NCBI GenBank assembly: GCA_964010765.1
Contig: CAXGMD010000002.1
Span: forward strand, 41,060-105,059
Direction: 5' to 3'
Length of the DNA stretch: 64,000 bases
Origin: an uncultured bacterium
Lineage (GTDB): Bacteria > SAR324 > NAC60-12
Below are positions 9,770 to 19,234 of the stretch, one piece after another. Each line of letters begins with the position of its first letter. Within the stretch, counting starts at the first letter, position 1. Below the pieces are notes generated by a model, which had not been told where the DNA came from, did not search any database, and saw only the letters and a program-made list of their open reading frames with translations. The position numbers and the translations under genes were made by a program.

Positions 9770-10741
9770 ATGAGCCTGAGTGAATCCAAATTATTGCAAG
9801 CGTACCGCAAGATGCGTCAGATCCGCGATTTTGAGGATCGAGTCCATGAGGAGTTTGCCACTGGGATTATTCCTGGGTTTGTCCATCTTTACGCTGGTGA
9901 GGAAGCCTCTGCAGTTGGCTTCTGCATGCACCTCAATGACGAAGACCGCATTGCCAGCACTCATAGAGGCCATGGTCACTGCATCGCCAAGGGGGTAGAG
10001 ATCAACGGGATGATGTCGGAGATCTTCGGTCGCCGCAATGGCACCTGTGCCGGCAAAGGTGGTTCGATGCATATCGCAGACTTGGAAAAGGGGATGATGG
10101 GGGCCAATGGGATCGTCGGTGCGGGGCCTCCCTTGATCTGTGGAGCGGGCCTAGCAGCCAAGTTCCGCAAGAACGGTGGGGTGGCGATCGCCTTTGTAGG
10201 CGATGGAGGCTCCAACCAGGGAACGACGATGGAGTCATTGAATCTGGCTTCTGTCTGGAATCTGCCCTGTATCTTTGTGGCTGAGAACAACGGCTATGCA
10301 GAGGCGACGTCGAGTAAATGGTCGGTTTCCTGTGAGAACATTGCCGACCGTGCGGCAGCCTTTGGGATGCCGGGGGTGGTTGTGGATGGGCATGATTTCT
10401 TTGCGGTCTATGAGGTAGCTGGCGAAGCGATCAAACGCGCCCGTGAAGGAGGAGGCCCAACATTAGTGGAGTGCAAGATCAACCGCTACTACGGTCACTT
10501 TGAAGGAGATGCCCAGACGTACCGAACGATTGATGAGGTAAAAAATATCAAGGAGAACAAGGACTGCCTGATGCTCTTTGCCAAGCGGGTGACCGAGCAG
10601 GGTTTGTTGACCCAGGCGCAGTTGGACGCCATTGACAAGGAGGTTGCCGCAGAGATTGAAGCTTCAGTCGTTCATGCGAAGTCTTCAGCGAAGCCGACAG
10701 AGGTAGACCTGCTGACAGACGTATATGTCAGTTATCCTTGA
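9770..10741 (+). CDS. acoA: Acetoin dehydrogenase E1 alpha subunit
   Basis: IPGFVHLYAGEEA, STHRGHGH, GDGGSNQG...ENNGY, RYYGHFEGDAQTYR typical of AcoA; adjacent acoR. Confidence 0.92.
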   Translation: MSLSESKLLQAYRKMRQIRDFEDRVHEEFATGIIPGFVHLYAGEEASAVGFCMHLNDEDRIASTHRGHGHCIAKGVEINGMMSEIFGRRNGTCAGKGGSMHIADLEKGMMGANGIVGAGPPLICGAGLAAKFRKNGGVAIAFVGDGGSNQGTTMESLNLASVWNLPCIFVAENNGYAEATSSKWSVSCENIADRAAAFGMPGVVVDGHDFFAVYEVAGEAIKRAREGGGPTLVECKINRYYGHFEGDAQTYRTIDEVKNIKENKDCLMLFAKRVTEQGLLTQAQLDAIDKEVAAEIEASVVHAKSSAKPTEVDLLTDVYVSYP

Positions 10742-10772
10742 TTGACTCACCCACAAACCAGAGGAGTTAGAG

Positions 10773-11774
10773 ATGGCCAGAATGATTACATTCAAGCAAT
10801 CCATCAATGAGGCCTTGGCCCAGGAGATGGCTCGCGATGAGACAGTGATTGCAATGGGGGAAGATATTGTTGGAGGTATGGGGGGCGATGGAGAGATGGA
10901 CGCCTGGGGTGGAGTGTTTGGCTTCACGAAGGGTCTTCATGGCCAGTTTGGAGACCGCGTGATGGACACGCCAATTACGGAGTCAGCCTTCATTGGTGCA
11001 GCCGCGGGGGCAGCAGCCTGTGGGATGCGTCCGGTGGCGGAGTTGATGTTCATCGACTTCATGGGGGTTTGTTTTGACCAGATCTTCAACCAGGCGGCGA
11101 AGTTCAAGTACATGTTTGGGGGCAAAGCAGAAACACCGATGGTGGTTCGGACGATGATTGGGGGAGGTCTTCGTGCAGCTTCCCAACATTCGCAGTGTCT
11201 GTATCCGATCTTTACCCACATTCCTGGTTTGAAGGTGGTGATACCTTCAAATCCATATGATGCGAAGGGTTTGTTGATCCAGGCGATCCGGGACAATGAT
11301 CCGGTGATTTTCTGTGAGCACAAGTCGTTGCACCAGTTGGAGGGAGATGTTCCTGAGACACCGTATGCGATCCCGTTCAACGAAGCGAATGTGGTACGAG
11401 AGGGAGGGGATGTGACAATCGTGGCGATTGGCTTCATGGTGCACCGAGCCATGGAAGCAGCGACAGCATTGGCGAAGGAGGGGATTCAGTGTGAGGTAAT
11501 TGATCCACGGACGACTTCGCCGTTGGATTTGGAGACGATCATTGAGAGTGTGGAGAACACGGGTCGCTTGGTGGTGGTGGATGAGTCGAATCCGCGCTGC
11601 AGCATGGCTGCAGACATCAGTGCGCAGGTGACGGAACAGGCCTTTGGTTCATTGAAGGGTCCGGTGAGGATGGTGACGGCACCGCATTGTCCACCGCCAT
11701 TTTCGGATGTGTTGGAGGATCTCTACATGCCAAGTGCAGAGAAAATCGCTGAGGCTGTCAGGTCTCTAAAATAA
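10773..11774 (+). CDS. acoB: Acetoin dehydrogenase E1 beta subunit
   Basis: GEDIVGG.G...DAWGGV, DQIFNQAAKF.YMFGG, QHSQ.LY..FTHIPGLKVV. Confidence 0.92.
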   Translation: MARMITFKQSINEALAQEMARDETVIAMGEDIVGGMGGDGEMDAWGGVFGFTKGLHGQFGDRVMDTPITESAFIGAAAGAAACGMRPVAELMFIDFMGVCFDQIFNQAAKFKYMFGGKAETPMVVRTMIGGGLRAASQHSQCLYPIFTHIPGLKVVIPSNPYDAKGLLIQAIRDNDPVIFCEHKSLHQLEGDVPETPYAIPFNEANVVREGGDVTIVAIGFMVHRAMEAATALAKEGIQCEVIDPRTTSPLDLETIIESVENTGRLVVVDESNPRCSMAADISAQVTEQAFGSLKGPVRMVTAPHCPPPFSDVLEDLYMPSAEKIAEAVRSLK

Positions 11775-11798
11775 TCACTAATTGTCTGATGCGAAAAT

Positions 11799-11831
11799 GC
11801 TGGGAGACTTTGCTTGAGTATGTCTCCCAGC
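11799..11831. other. Intercistronic stem-loop between acoB and acoC
   Basis: GCTGGGAGAC...GTCTCCCAGC perfect 10-bp arms; no U-tract on +. Confidence 0.6.
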
Positions 11832-11945
11832 CGAGTTCATACAAGATTAAATTTAGACAAAGACAAAGACGCCCAAAGCCTTATTGACACAAGAGATTTC
11901 TGCCCAAAAAAATGATAATTTTATTTGAAGAGTGAGGTACCAAAA

Positions 11946-13040
11946 ATGGGAGAGTTGATCAAAGTTACAATGCCAAAGTGGGGCCTCTCGATGAAAGAGG
12001 GAACTGTAAGTGATTGGATAGTTGAAGAAGGAGATGAAATAGAGAAAGGACAGGAGATTGTAGAAATAGAAACAGACAAAATAGCGAATGTTCTGGAATC
12101 CCCAGGAAGCGGTATCCTCCAAAAAATTGTAGCTCACTCTGGCGAGGTACTCCCCGTTGCGGCTTTGATAGGTGTGATTACAGATGGTGCTGTAAGTGAT
12201 GATGAAATAAGTGCCTTTATCGAGCAAGAAAATGCCGCAGCGGCAGCGGCAGCAGTTGATGAAGCTCCAGACCCCTTGACTATCAGCAAGGTATTTGAGT
12301 GGGAAGGTTTGAACATACGATACATTGACAGTGAGGATGGAGAAGATCCTTTGATCTGTCTGCATGGCTTTGGGGGAGACAAGAACAACTGGCAGTTCAA
12401 CCTGGCGGCCTTAGCTCCCAACAGACGCGTGTTGGCTCCGGACTTTCCAAGTCATGGAGACTCGACAGTCAGTACCGAGCACTCTTCACCGCTAGCCTAT
12501 GCCAAGATGGTTTCAGCGATGATCGATCAGTTGGAGTTGGGGCAAGTGGACCTGGTGGGTCATTCGATGGGAGGGCTAGTGGCCTTGCTGGTGGCCCGGG
12601 AGAGCCCGGCGAAGGTAGGAGCGTTGACCTTGTTGGCGCCAGCAGGGATTGGTACAGAGATCAATGCGGGGTATGTCGATGGCTTTGCCAGGGCCAATAG
12701 CCGTAATGAGTTGAAGGCCTTGGCCGTCCAGTTGTTTGCTGATAAGGAGATGGTGACCAGACAGATGGTAGCAGACCTGCTAAAGTACAAGCGTCTCGAT
12801 GGAGTGGGAGAAGCGCTGGTGCAGTTGGCGGGGACACTTCACAGTGGGGGCAAGCAGAGCGAGGACCTCAGCAGTGTAGCTCAGAGTCTTCCGACAAAGA
12901 TCTTCTGGGGTAAGGCCGATGAGATCCTAGCTGTGAGCAATTGTGCTCAGTTGAGTGGAGTGGACGTTGAGCAGTTGGAGTGTGGACACCAACCTCATAT
13001 TGAAGCCGCTGATGTCGTTAATAAACATCTAGGTGGCTAA
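11946..13040 (+). CDS. acoC: AcoC E2: lipoyl domain + alpha/beta hydrolase (no subunit-binding domain)
   Basis: MPKWGLSM.EG, IETDKIAN, Ala-rich linker, LHGFGGD.NNW, GHSMGG, GH.P..E; start placed at ATG 11946 after GAGG. Confidence 0.9.
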   Translation: MGELIKVTMPKWGLSMKEGTVSDWIVEEGDEIEKGQEIVEIETDKIANVLESPGSGILQKIVAHSGEVLPVAALIGVITDGAVSDDEISAFIEQENAAAAAAAVDEAPDPLTISKVFEWEGLNIRYIDSEDGEDPLICLHGFGGDKNNWQFNLAALAPNRRVLAPDFPSHGDSTVSTEHSSPLAYAKMVSAMIDQLELGQVDLVGHSMGGLVALLVARESPAKVGALTLLAPAGIGTEINAGYVDGFARANSRNELKALAVQLFADKEMVTRQMVADLLKYKRLDGVGEALVQLAGTLHSGGKQSEDLSSVAQSLPTKIFWGKADEILAVSNCAQLSGVDVEQLECGHQPHIEAADVVNKHLGG

Positions 13041-13262
13041 TTCTAAAAACTTTTTCAATTGCAGATTTCTATCAAAACAAAACTCCAAATTTGGATTTTG
13101 AGATTTGGTAGAGAACTACATCCGTGGGGAGTTCCACTTCCAACGGCTAAAATAGTTGGGTTGATTGAAATTATTTGAATTCGATGAGCCCCGCTTAACC
13201 GTGAGTTGCTCTTCTTATTTGAGGAACAAATCACAAAAAACAACCATCCTTAGGGAGGTATA

Positions 13263-14795
13263 ATGTTTTACGTACCGAAGAACGCGATCCATAAAAAGGT
13301 TAGCCGACGTGATTTTCTGAAAATGGGCGGTGGTGCTGCAACAGCCTTGGGAGCAGGATCAATCGCACTTGGGCTGAGCTCTGTGATCAACAGAAGACCT
13401 GTGTATGCACAGTCTTCCGATGCTGCAAAATGGAAGCAATATGAGGGTTCTAAGCTTGTCTTCATGAGTGAGAACACCCCTCCATCCTTTGCTATCCGCG
13501 ATAACCTGAAGACATTTTATGACCTGACAGGGATCGAAGTCGAAATCTTGACAGATCACTTGCCAACTGTGCAACAAAAAGTTGGGATTGACCTAAGGGG
13601 TGGTAACTCTGATTTCCACTTGAACTACATTCAGGATAAACCAATTGGGTCTCCATTTGCGGACTACTATGAAGATTTGAATAAATACACCGGCGACAAC
13701 ACTCTACCTCAAGATCCTGAGGGTATGGGTGAAGACGTATGGTTTGAAAACTTTCAGAAGGCTTGTGGAGTCTTTTACGAAGCAGGTCGCATTGTTGCCT
13801 TCCCATACGACTGTGCTGTCGCCTGCTCTTTTTATCGTAAAGATCTCTTCGAAAAACTCAGTAAGGATTTCGAAAGTGAGTACGGTTACCGAATGGAGTT
13901 TACCGCGGACACGACATGGAAGCACGTTTATGAGTATGCAGCCTTCTTCAAGAAAGTTCGCGAAGGGGGCAATTCTGAGATACCCTATGGATATGCTCAA
14001 CATCAGGGTAACTTTGCTTGGACAACTCAGCTAGACATACAGCGAATGCTCTTTTCGCATGGTCGTTGGACAGAGTTCGATGTCGATGACACCTTGGGCT
14101 CAAAAGATCCAGGTAAAACTAAGTGGGGTGATGCTCAGTCTGTAGCAGTGATGACAAAATTCAAGGAACAAGCTGATGTGAGCCATCCGGACAACTTGGC
14201 TAACGGTACTCTTGAATTAAATACAGTATATCAAGCAGGCCAGATTGCTATGCAGGTTCAGTATCATGAATTTGCTGCTTCTTGTGAAGATCCAAATACT
14301 TCAAAAGCTGCTGATGGAAAAACTGGTTATGCACCATGTCCAAAGGGTGAACCCAGCTGGATCGTAGGTGGTGGGCAAGCTGTTAATGGCACCAACTGTG
14401 GTATCGGTGGTATCGGTATTAATGGCAATGCTACAGAAGATCAAAAGCGTGCGGCTTATATTTTTTCAATCTGGGCAACTTCGAAGAACATACAGTACGA
14501 TGTTCTCCGTGGTTTGGGAGGCACTCCAACACGTAAGTCAGTTTTGGAAATTCCTGAAGTGAAAAACGCCCGAAAACGGCCAACAAATATGCCTAATGCA
14601 TTGACCTTCGATGCTGTTTACGATCACGGCATACGAGACCCACACTTTGTGCTTGGTCCAAAGATCCCTGAGGTGAACGAGTATCATAAAATCCTAGCCA
14701 CAGAAGTACAGCGCTGTGTAGCTGGAGAACTATCCCCCGAAGAAGCTTGTGAAGCAATTCGTGAGCAGACCGACGAAGCCAACGGATATTTCTAA
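13263..14795 (+). CDS. Carbohydrate ABC transporter solute-binding protein with Tat signal
   Basis: SRRDFLK twin-arginine motif and VYA cleavage site; family-1 SBP features; followed by CUT1 permeases. Confidence 0.85.
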   Translation: MFYVPKNAIHKKVSRRDFLKMGGGAATALGAGSIALGLSSVINRRPVYAQSSDAAKWKQYEGSKLVFMSENTPPSFAIRDNLKTFYDLTGIEVEILTDHLPTVQQKVGIDLRGGNSDFHLNYIQDKPIGSPFADYYEDLNKYTGDNTLPQDPEGMGEDVWFENFQKACGVFYEAGRIVAFPYDCAVACSFYRKDLFEKLSKDFESEYGYRMEFTADTTWKHVYEYAAFFKKVREGGNSEIPYGYAQHQGNFAWTTQLDIQRMLFSHGRWTEFDVDDTLGSKDPGKTKWGDAQSVAVMTKFKEQADVSHPDNLANGTLELNTVYQAGQIAMQVQYHEFAASCEDPNTSKAADGKTGYAPCPKGEPSWIVGGGQAVNGTNCGIGGIGINGNATEDQKRAAYIFSIWATSKNIQYDVLRGLGGTPTRKSVLEIPEVKNARKRPTNMPNALTFDAVYDHGIRDPHFVLGPKIPEVNEYHKILATEVQRCVAGELSPEEACEAIREQTDEANGYF

Positions 14796-14806
14796 ACTTG
14801 ACAAAC

Positions 14807-14833
14807 TCCCGGTTGGTCAACAACCAACCGGGA
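14807..14833 (+). other. Stem-loop after SBP gene (mRNA stabiliser or attenuator)
   Basis: TCCCGGTTGGT-CAACA-ACCAACCGGGA perfect 11-bp stem. Confidence 0.65.
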
Positions 14834-14854
14834 ACCTTGTAGACATTGAAATCG

Positions 14855-15871
14855 ATGCAAACAACTCTTACGAATGGCATTGCAGACGGACAGCTTACAA
14901 ATGCTGCAAAACTCGCTAATGTTTCTGAAGATCAATTTCGGATGTCAAATGGTGTCCGAGTAATTGATTATCAGCCTACCAGTCGCCACGCAGCTCCCTC
15001 AAACAGGTACTATCTCTGGTTAATTCTACCAGCAGTGATCGTTCTTGCTTGCATCACACTTTATCCGTTTTTCTGGTTGATTTGGATGAGCTTCCACAAA
15101 GTGGATGTTTTGAAAGGTGATGTTTGGAATAACTTCGCTAATTGGCGAAGACTTTTGGGAGATCGAAGTTTTGGAAATGGTTGGTTACTACTTCTGAAAT
15201 ACAGTGCGATGTGTATGCTCATGGAAGTGGGATTGGGAGTGTTGCTTGCGGTGATTTTAAACCGTTCAAAGTATGAAAAAGTTCTGGTAACGCTATTCCT
15301 TATGCCAATGATGATGGCGCCTGTGGTAGCGGGCTTGGTCTGGTACTATCTCTACAATTCAACCTTTGGTTGGTACCACTGGTTGATGCAAAGTGCTGGA
15401 ATACTTGGGGAAAAATCGATCCTTGGAGATACTGGTACAGCTATGTGGGGAATCGTCCTGGTGGATGTGTGGCAGTGGACGCCCCTAATTATTCTCATTA
15501 CACTGGCCGGGATGAAAAGAGTTCCAAGAGATCAACTCGAAGCAAGTATGGTGGATGGAGCTGGCGAATGGCGCAATTTCTTCCAGATAACTCTGCCGAA
15601 TCTATATCCATTTTTGTTGATCGCGATTTTACTCCGCTTTATGGACAACTTCCGCTTCATCGATGCGATTTTAGTATTGACAGGTGGTGGTCCTGCTAAC
15701 TCAACAAAGATTCTTCCAACCTACTTATTTGATGTGTCTTTCCAGTTTTTCAAATTAGGTCGGGGCGCGGCAATCGCACTGACTCTACTATTTGTCACAA
15801 TTATACTCGGATTGATTCTCGTGAAGGTGTTCGAGAGTCCTGCGGGCAAAGTAAATCGGGAAGGATCTTAA
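14855..15871 (+). CDS. Carbohydrate ABC transporter permease (MalF/UgpA-like)
   Basis: Multiple TM segments, DVWQWTP, EAS.VDGA EAA loop, TGGGP; start uncertain. Confidence 0.88.
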   Translation: MQTTLTNGIADGQLTNAAKLANVSEDQFRMSNGVRVIDYQPTSRHAAPSNRYYLWLILPAVIVLACITLYPFFWLIWMSFHKVDVLKGDVWNNFANWRRLLGDRSFGNGWLLLLKYSAMCMLMEVGLGVLLAVILNRSKYEKVLVTLFLMPMMMAPVVAGLVWYYLYNSTFGWYHWLMQSAGILGEKSILGDTGTAMWGIVLVDVWQWTPLIILITLAGMKRVPRDQLEASMVDGAGEWRNFFQITLPNLYPFLLIAILLRFMDNFRFIDAILVLTGGGPANSTKILPTYLFDVSFQFFKLGRGAAIALTLLFVTIILGLILVKVFESPAGKVNREGS

Positions 15872-15875
15872 TAAG

Positions 15876-16754
15876 ATGGCATCATCTGACATTGTCCAAT
15901 ATAAGACACCAGCTAGGAAAGCTGTTGATATTCTTGTCGGGGTCTTTCTAACAATATACCTCATCTGGACGCTACTGACGTTTGTGATGATGTTTGTTTC
16001 ATCTTTCAAAGATCTGTTGGAGGCTTTCAAACTTCCAGAAATTGGAGATTGGTTGGGTGTCACTTTGTTTTTTGATTTCACTCCTACATTTCGCCATTAC
16101 GAAAATCTTTTTTTAGATAAGAATTTTGGCAAATATATGATGAATAGTATCATTTCCGCAGGGGGCTCCGCGCTTATCTCCGTAGTGTTAGGTTCAATGT
16201 GCGCTTATGCCCTCTCAAGGACTGAATTTCGCGGTAAGAAGGATCTGCTGTTCTGGATTATTTCCACCAGAATGGCGCCGGTTGTAGCGGTAATGGTTCC
16301 ACTCTATGCGATCTTCAGGAACTTCGAATTAGTTGGGACTTTGCCAGGGCTGATTCTGGCTTATACGACCTTTAACCTTCCGTTTGCGATTTGGATTTTA
16401 AAAGGCTTCTTTGACAACGTGCCCTACTCTATTGAAGAGGCACAGATGTGCGATGGTGCAAATCGATTTGAAGCTTTTGTGTCAATTTTACCGCTTGTTG
16501 CCCCTGGAATTGGAGCCTTCTTAATACTATGTGTCCTTTTTGGTTGGAACGATTTTTTGTTTGCCTCCATAATCGGATCGGGAGGTGCTAAGACTCTTCC
16601 AGTAGCAACAGTTGAGCTTGTTCAACCACAGAATATCCAATGGGGAAAAATAATGGCAGCTGGTGTTGTAACAACCGTTCCAATGATGTTTCTTGGGTTG
16701 CTGGTACGTCGTTATCTTGTAACTGGCCTGACCATGGGCGCTGTCCGCGAATAA
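15876..16754 (+). CDS. Carbohydrate ABC transporter permease (MalG/UgpE-like)
   Basis: NLPFAIW, IEEAQMCDGA EAA loop, WNDFLFA, GLTMGAV. Confidence 0.9.
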   Translation: MASSDIVQYKTPARKAVDILVGVFLTIYLIWTLLTFVMMFVSSFKDLLEAFKLPEIGDWLGVTLFFDFTPTFRHYENLFLDKNFGKYMMNSIISAGGSALISVVLGSMCAYALSRTEFRGKKDLLFWIISTRMAPVVAVMVPLYAIFRNFELVGTLPGLILAYTTFNLPFAIWILKGFFDNVPYSIEEAQMCDGANRFEAFVSILPLVAPGIGAFLILCVLFGWNDFLFASIIGSGGAKTLPVATVELVQPQNIQWGKIMAAGVVTTVPMMFLGLLVRRYLVTGLTMGAVRE

Positions 16755-16774
16755 TCTTCAACTAATCTGAAAAC

Positions 16775-17866
16775 ATGGCATCTGTTTCAATCAAAAATGT
16801 CTGGAAATACTACGGGGAAACTGCCGCAGTCAAAGACCTTAATCTTGAAGTCTTAAATGGAGAATTCCTATGCGTATTGGGTCCATCGGGATGTGGTAAA
16901 TCCTCTAGTTTAAGAATGCTGGCGGGGTTAGAACATATTTCTTCAGGTGATATTCATTTTGGTGATCGTCGAGTGAATGATTTACCACCTAAGGAGCGGG
17001 ATATTGCAATGGTTTTTGAAAACTATGCGCTCTATCCGCACAAGACTGTTTTCGACAACATAGGAAACGCCCTCAAACTGCGCAAAGTTGATCCAAACAC
17101 AATTCAGCAGAAAGTTGAAAGAGCTGCTGAAATGCTGGAAATCAAGCATCTGCTTCAAAGAAAACCAATGGAGCTTTCAGGTGGCCAGAAGCAAAGAGTG
17201 GCGATTGGGCGTGCGATCGTGCGGGAACCGGAGTTGTTTCTATTTGATGAGCCCATTGCTCACCTGGATGCCAAGCTCAGAGCTCACATGCGAGGAGAAC
17301 TGAAGATTCTTCAGAGAAAACTCGGGACTACGATGGTCTATGTGACTCATGATCAGATGGAAGCTCTTTCGATGGCGGATCGTGTTGCGGTCATGCACGA
17401 GGGAGTTTTGCAGCAATACGGAACACCCCAAGAGATTTATCACAAACCGGTGAATGCTTGGGTTGCTGGTTTTGTAGGCGAACCACCCATGAATTTTCTA
17501 GACTGTGAGCTAGTCCAAGAGAATGACGCTATTCAGTTGAAACATTCTACCTTCTCAGTGTCTCTTCTTCCTGAACAAGCGAGTATCATCAACAGCGCAA
17601 AGCTTGAACGCAAAGTTCAGCTAGCGATTCGTCCGGACGAGATTCACATCAACGGAAAGCAATCAGCTGAGTCAATCAAAGCTGAGGTGAAGATCACAGA
17701 GCCTCTTGGAGGAGATATGCTGGTTGATACCACAGTTGGTAAGGAAAAAGTCTTGGTCAAAACGAAACCAGATTTTACTGCTTCGATGGGAGAGGATTGT
17801 TTCCTTAGCTTCGACAAACAGCGCTGGCATGTCTTTTCAAGTGAGACAGGATTAGCTTTCTTTTAG
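16775..17866 (+). CDS. Carbohydrate ABC transporter ATP-binding protein (MalK-like)
   Basis: GPSGCGKS, LSGGQKQR, FDEP, YVTHDQ, C-terminal TOBE region. Confidence 0.92.
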   Translation: MASVSIKNVWKYYGETAAVKDLNLEVLNGEFLCVLGPSGCGKSSSLRMLAGLEHISSGDIHFGDRRVNDLPPKERDIAMVFENYALYPHKTVFDNIGNALKLRKVDPNTIQQKVERAAEMLEIKHLLQRKPMELSGGQKQRVAIGRAIVREPELFLFDEPIAHLDAKLRAHMRGELKILQRKLGTTMVYVTHDQMEALSMADRVAVMHEGVLQQYGTPQEIYHKPVNAWVAGFVGEPPMNFLDCELVQENDAIQLKHSTFSVSLLPEQASIINSAKLERKVQLAIRPDEIHINGKQSAESIKAEVKITEPLGGDMLVDTTVGKEKVLVKTKPDFTASMGEDCFLSFDKQRWHVFSSETGLAFF

Positions 17867-18008
17867 GGCCAGTCATCAATTAAGCCAAATGACAGCCACT
17901 ATCTACTAGATATCCCCTAGAAAACAGGGCTCGTCTATAGAAATAGATGTCAATCTCTTGGTATTGTTTCAACTTAGCAAAGAAGTTCTTAATTAGGTTT
18001 TGTAGGGT

Positions 18009-18047
18009 GTCGCAACTCAAAATCTTCTCTGAGTTGCGACTTTTTTT
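18009..18047 (+). terminator. Rho-independent terminator
   Basis: GTCGCAACTCA...TGAGTTGCGAC 11-bp stem followed by T7. Confidence 0.8.
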
Positions 18048-18224
18048 ACTCTTCCAGAAGGAGTCGTCAAATATCAGTGGTTTGAACCTCCAATAAACAT
18101 CTCCACCGTTAACTTAACAGCTTGGGATTTTGCTCACCTACAAGCTCAGTTCAGTCTCGAACGGCAACATCACCTGCACTTGCTTCAATCTGCCCAGCTG
18201 CCTCATCCGGAACCGGAATAGTCA

Positions 18225-19025
18225 TTATCTATTACCATGTTTTCCAGATTCCCATCTCTTTTCTAGCTTCTCACTGATCTTCATTCGTTGTTCTGGGGTC
18301 AGTATCGTATGGAGGCTAGTGAAACCTTGAGCCAATAATGGCAGCTTGGATTTCACTTCAGACCATCTTACATCAAGCAAGGCTTCAATATCCTGTACAT
18401 TCACTGAGTCCTGCTGCATCTGTTCGTAAATCTCCTCTCTAATTTCTTTATGCTGCTGCTTAATTTCCGCTGCTTTACTGCGTAAAGTGTTGATTAGATT
18501 GCTTATCTCTCTTTCTTGGAGATCATCAAGGTCTAGTGCGATGGACATCCCGAATACGATACGAGATGTATTTGAAGATTGCAGACGCTCAAAATGATTG
18601 GATTCCAAACCTTTGGACATTCGCTCTTTTACCTTAGTGCGTTGTTCAGGAGTCAGCATCTTATGAAATTCAGTGAATTTTTGTGCTAACGCTGGCAACT
18701 TGGCATGAACAGAAGCCCATTTGGCTTCAAGCAGAGCAGTTAGATCCTCCGCATTTACTTCGTCTTGCTGCATCTGAGCAAGCATCTCTTCTCGCAGTTG
18801 CACCCGAATTTCCTTGAGTAACTCCAATTCAGGGCGAGCGTTATCAACAACCCTGGCCATTTCACGCGCCTGCGCATCATTGAGATCAAGTGTGCTGGAT
18901 GTTTCTGAAACAATATCGGATGTGCTCCTTGAATCTGGCTGGCCACAACCCACCAAAAGGGTTGCTGATGTAACCGCAATTAGCAAAGACTGCCTAATTG
19001 TTTTGAAAGTTTTGCATGCTGACAT
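18225..19025 (-). CDS. Lipoprotein with two tandem Spy/CpxP (LTXXQ) domains
   Basis: Lipobox LLVGC; two homologous helical halves, each with LDL.D.Q and ending LTPEQR. Confidence 0.8.
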   Translation of the reverse strand: MSACKTFKTIRQSLLIAVTSATLLVGCGQPDSRSTSDIVSETSSTLDLNDAQAREMARVVDNARPELELLKEIRVQLREEMLAQMQQDEVNAEDLTALLEAKWASVHAKLPALAQKFTEFHKMLTPEQRTKVKERMSKGLESNHFERLQSSNTSRIVFGMSIALDLDDLQEREISNLINTLRSKAAEIKQQHKEIREEIYEQMQQDSVNVQDIEALLDVRWSEVKSKLPLLAQGFTSLHTILTPEQRMKISEKLEKRWESGKHGNR

Positions 19026-19133
19026 TGCGCTTCTCCTAAAGTAGCGTGATTTAATTTCCCATAGGTTCTATCAGTAGAACCTCTCGGGGCGATGAACTGA
19101 GGATTAGTATAGAAGATAAATCTTTCACCAACC

Positions 19134-19169
19134 TTTCCTTAACCTTACAAAATAGTAAGGTTAAGGAAA
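19134..19169. promoter_or_regulatory. Palindromic operator resembling a Cop/Cus box
   Basis: TTTCCTTAACCTTAC-AAAATA-GTAAGGTTAAGGAAA perfect 15-bp arms, between the divergent Spy-like gene and response regulator. Confidence 0.65.
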
Positions 19170-19234
19170 AGGCTTCCAGATTGGATTAGCCGAGCTAAAC
19201 TCATTCAGTATTTTCATTATTGGGAGAGGCTTCA

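Noticed and set aside
13050..13260. Possible riboswitch upstream of the Tat SBP
   Set aside because: Only short weak hairpins; no aptamer consensus or terminator recognised. An Rfam scan would settle it
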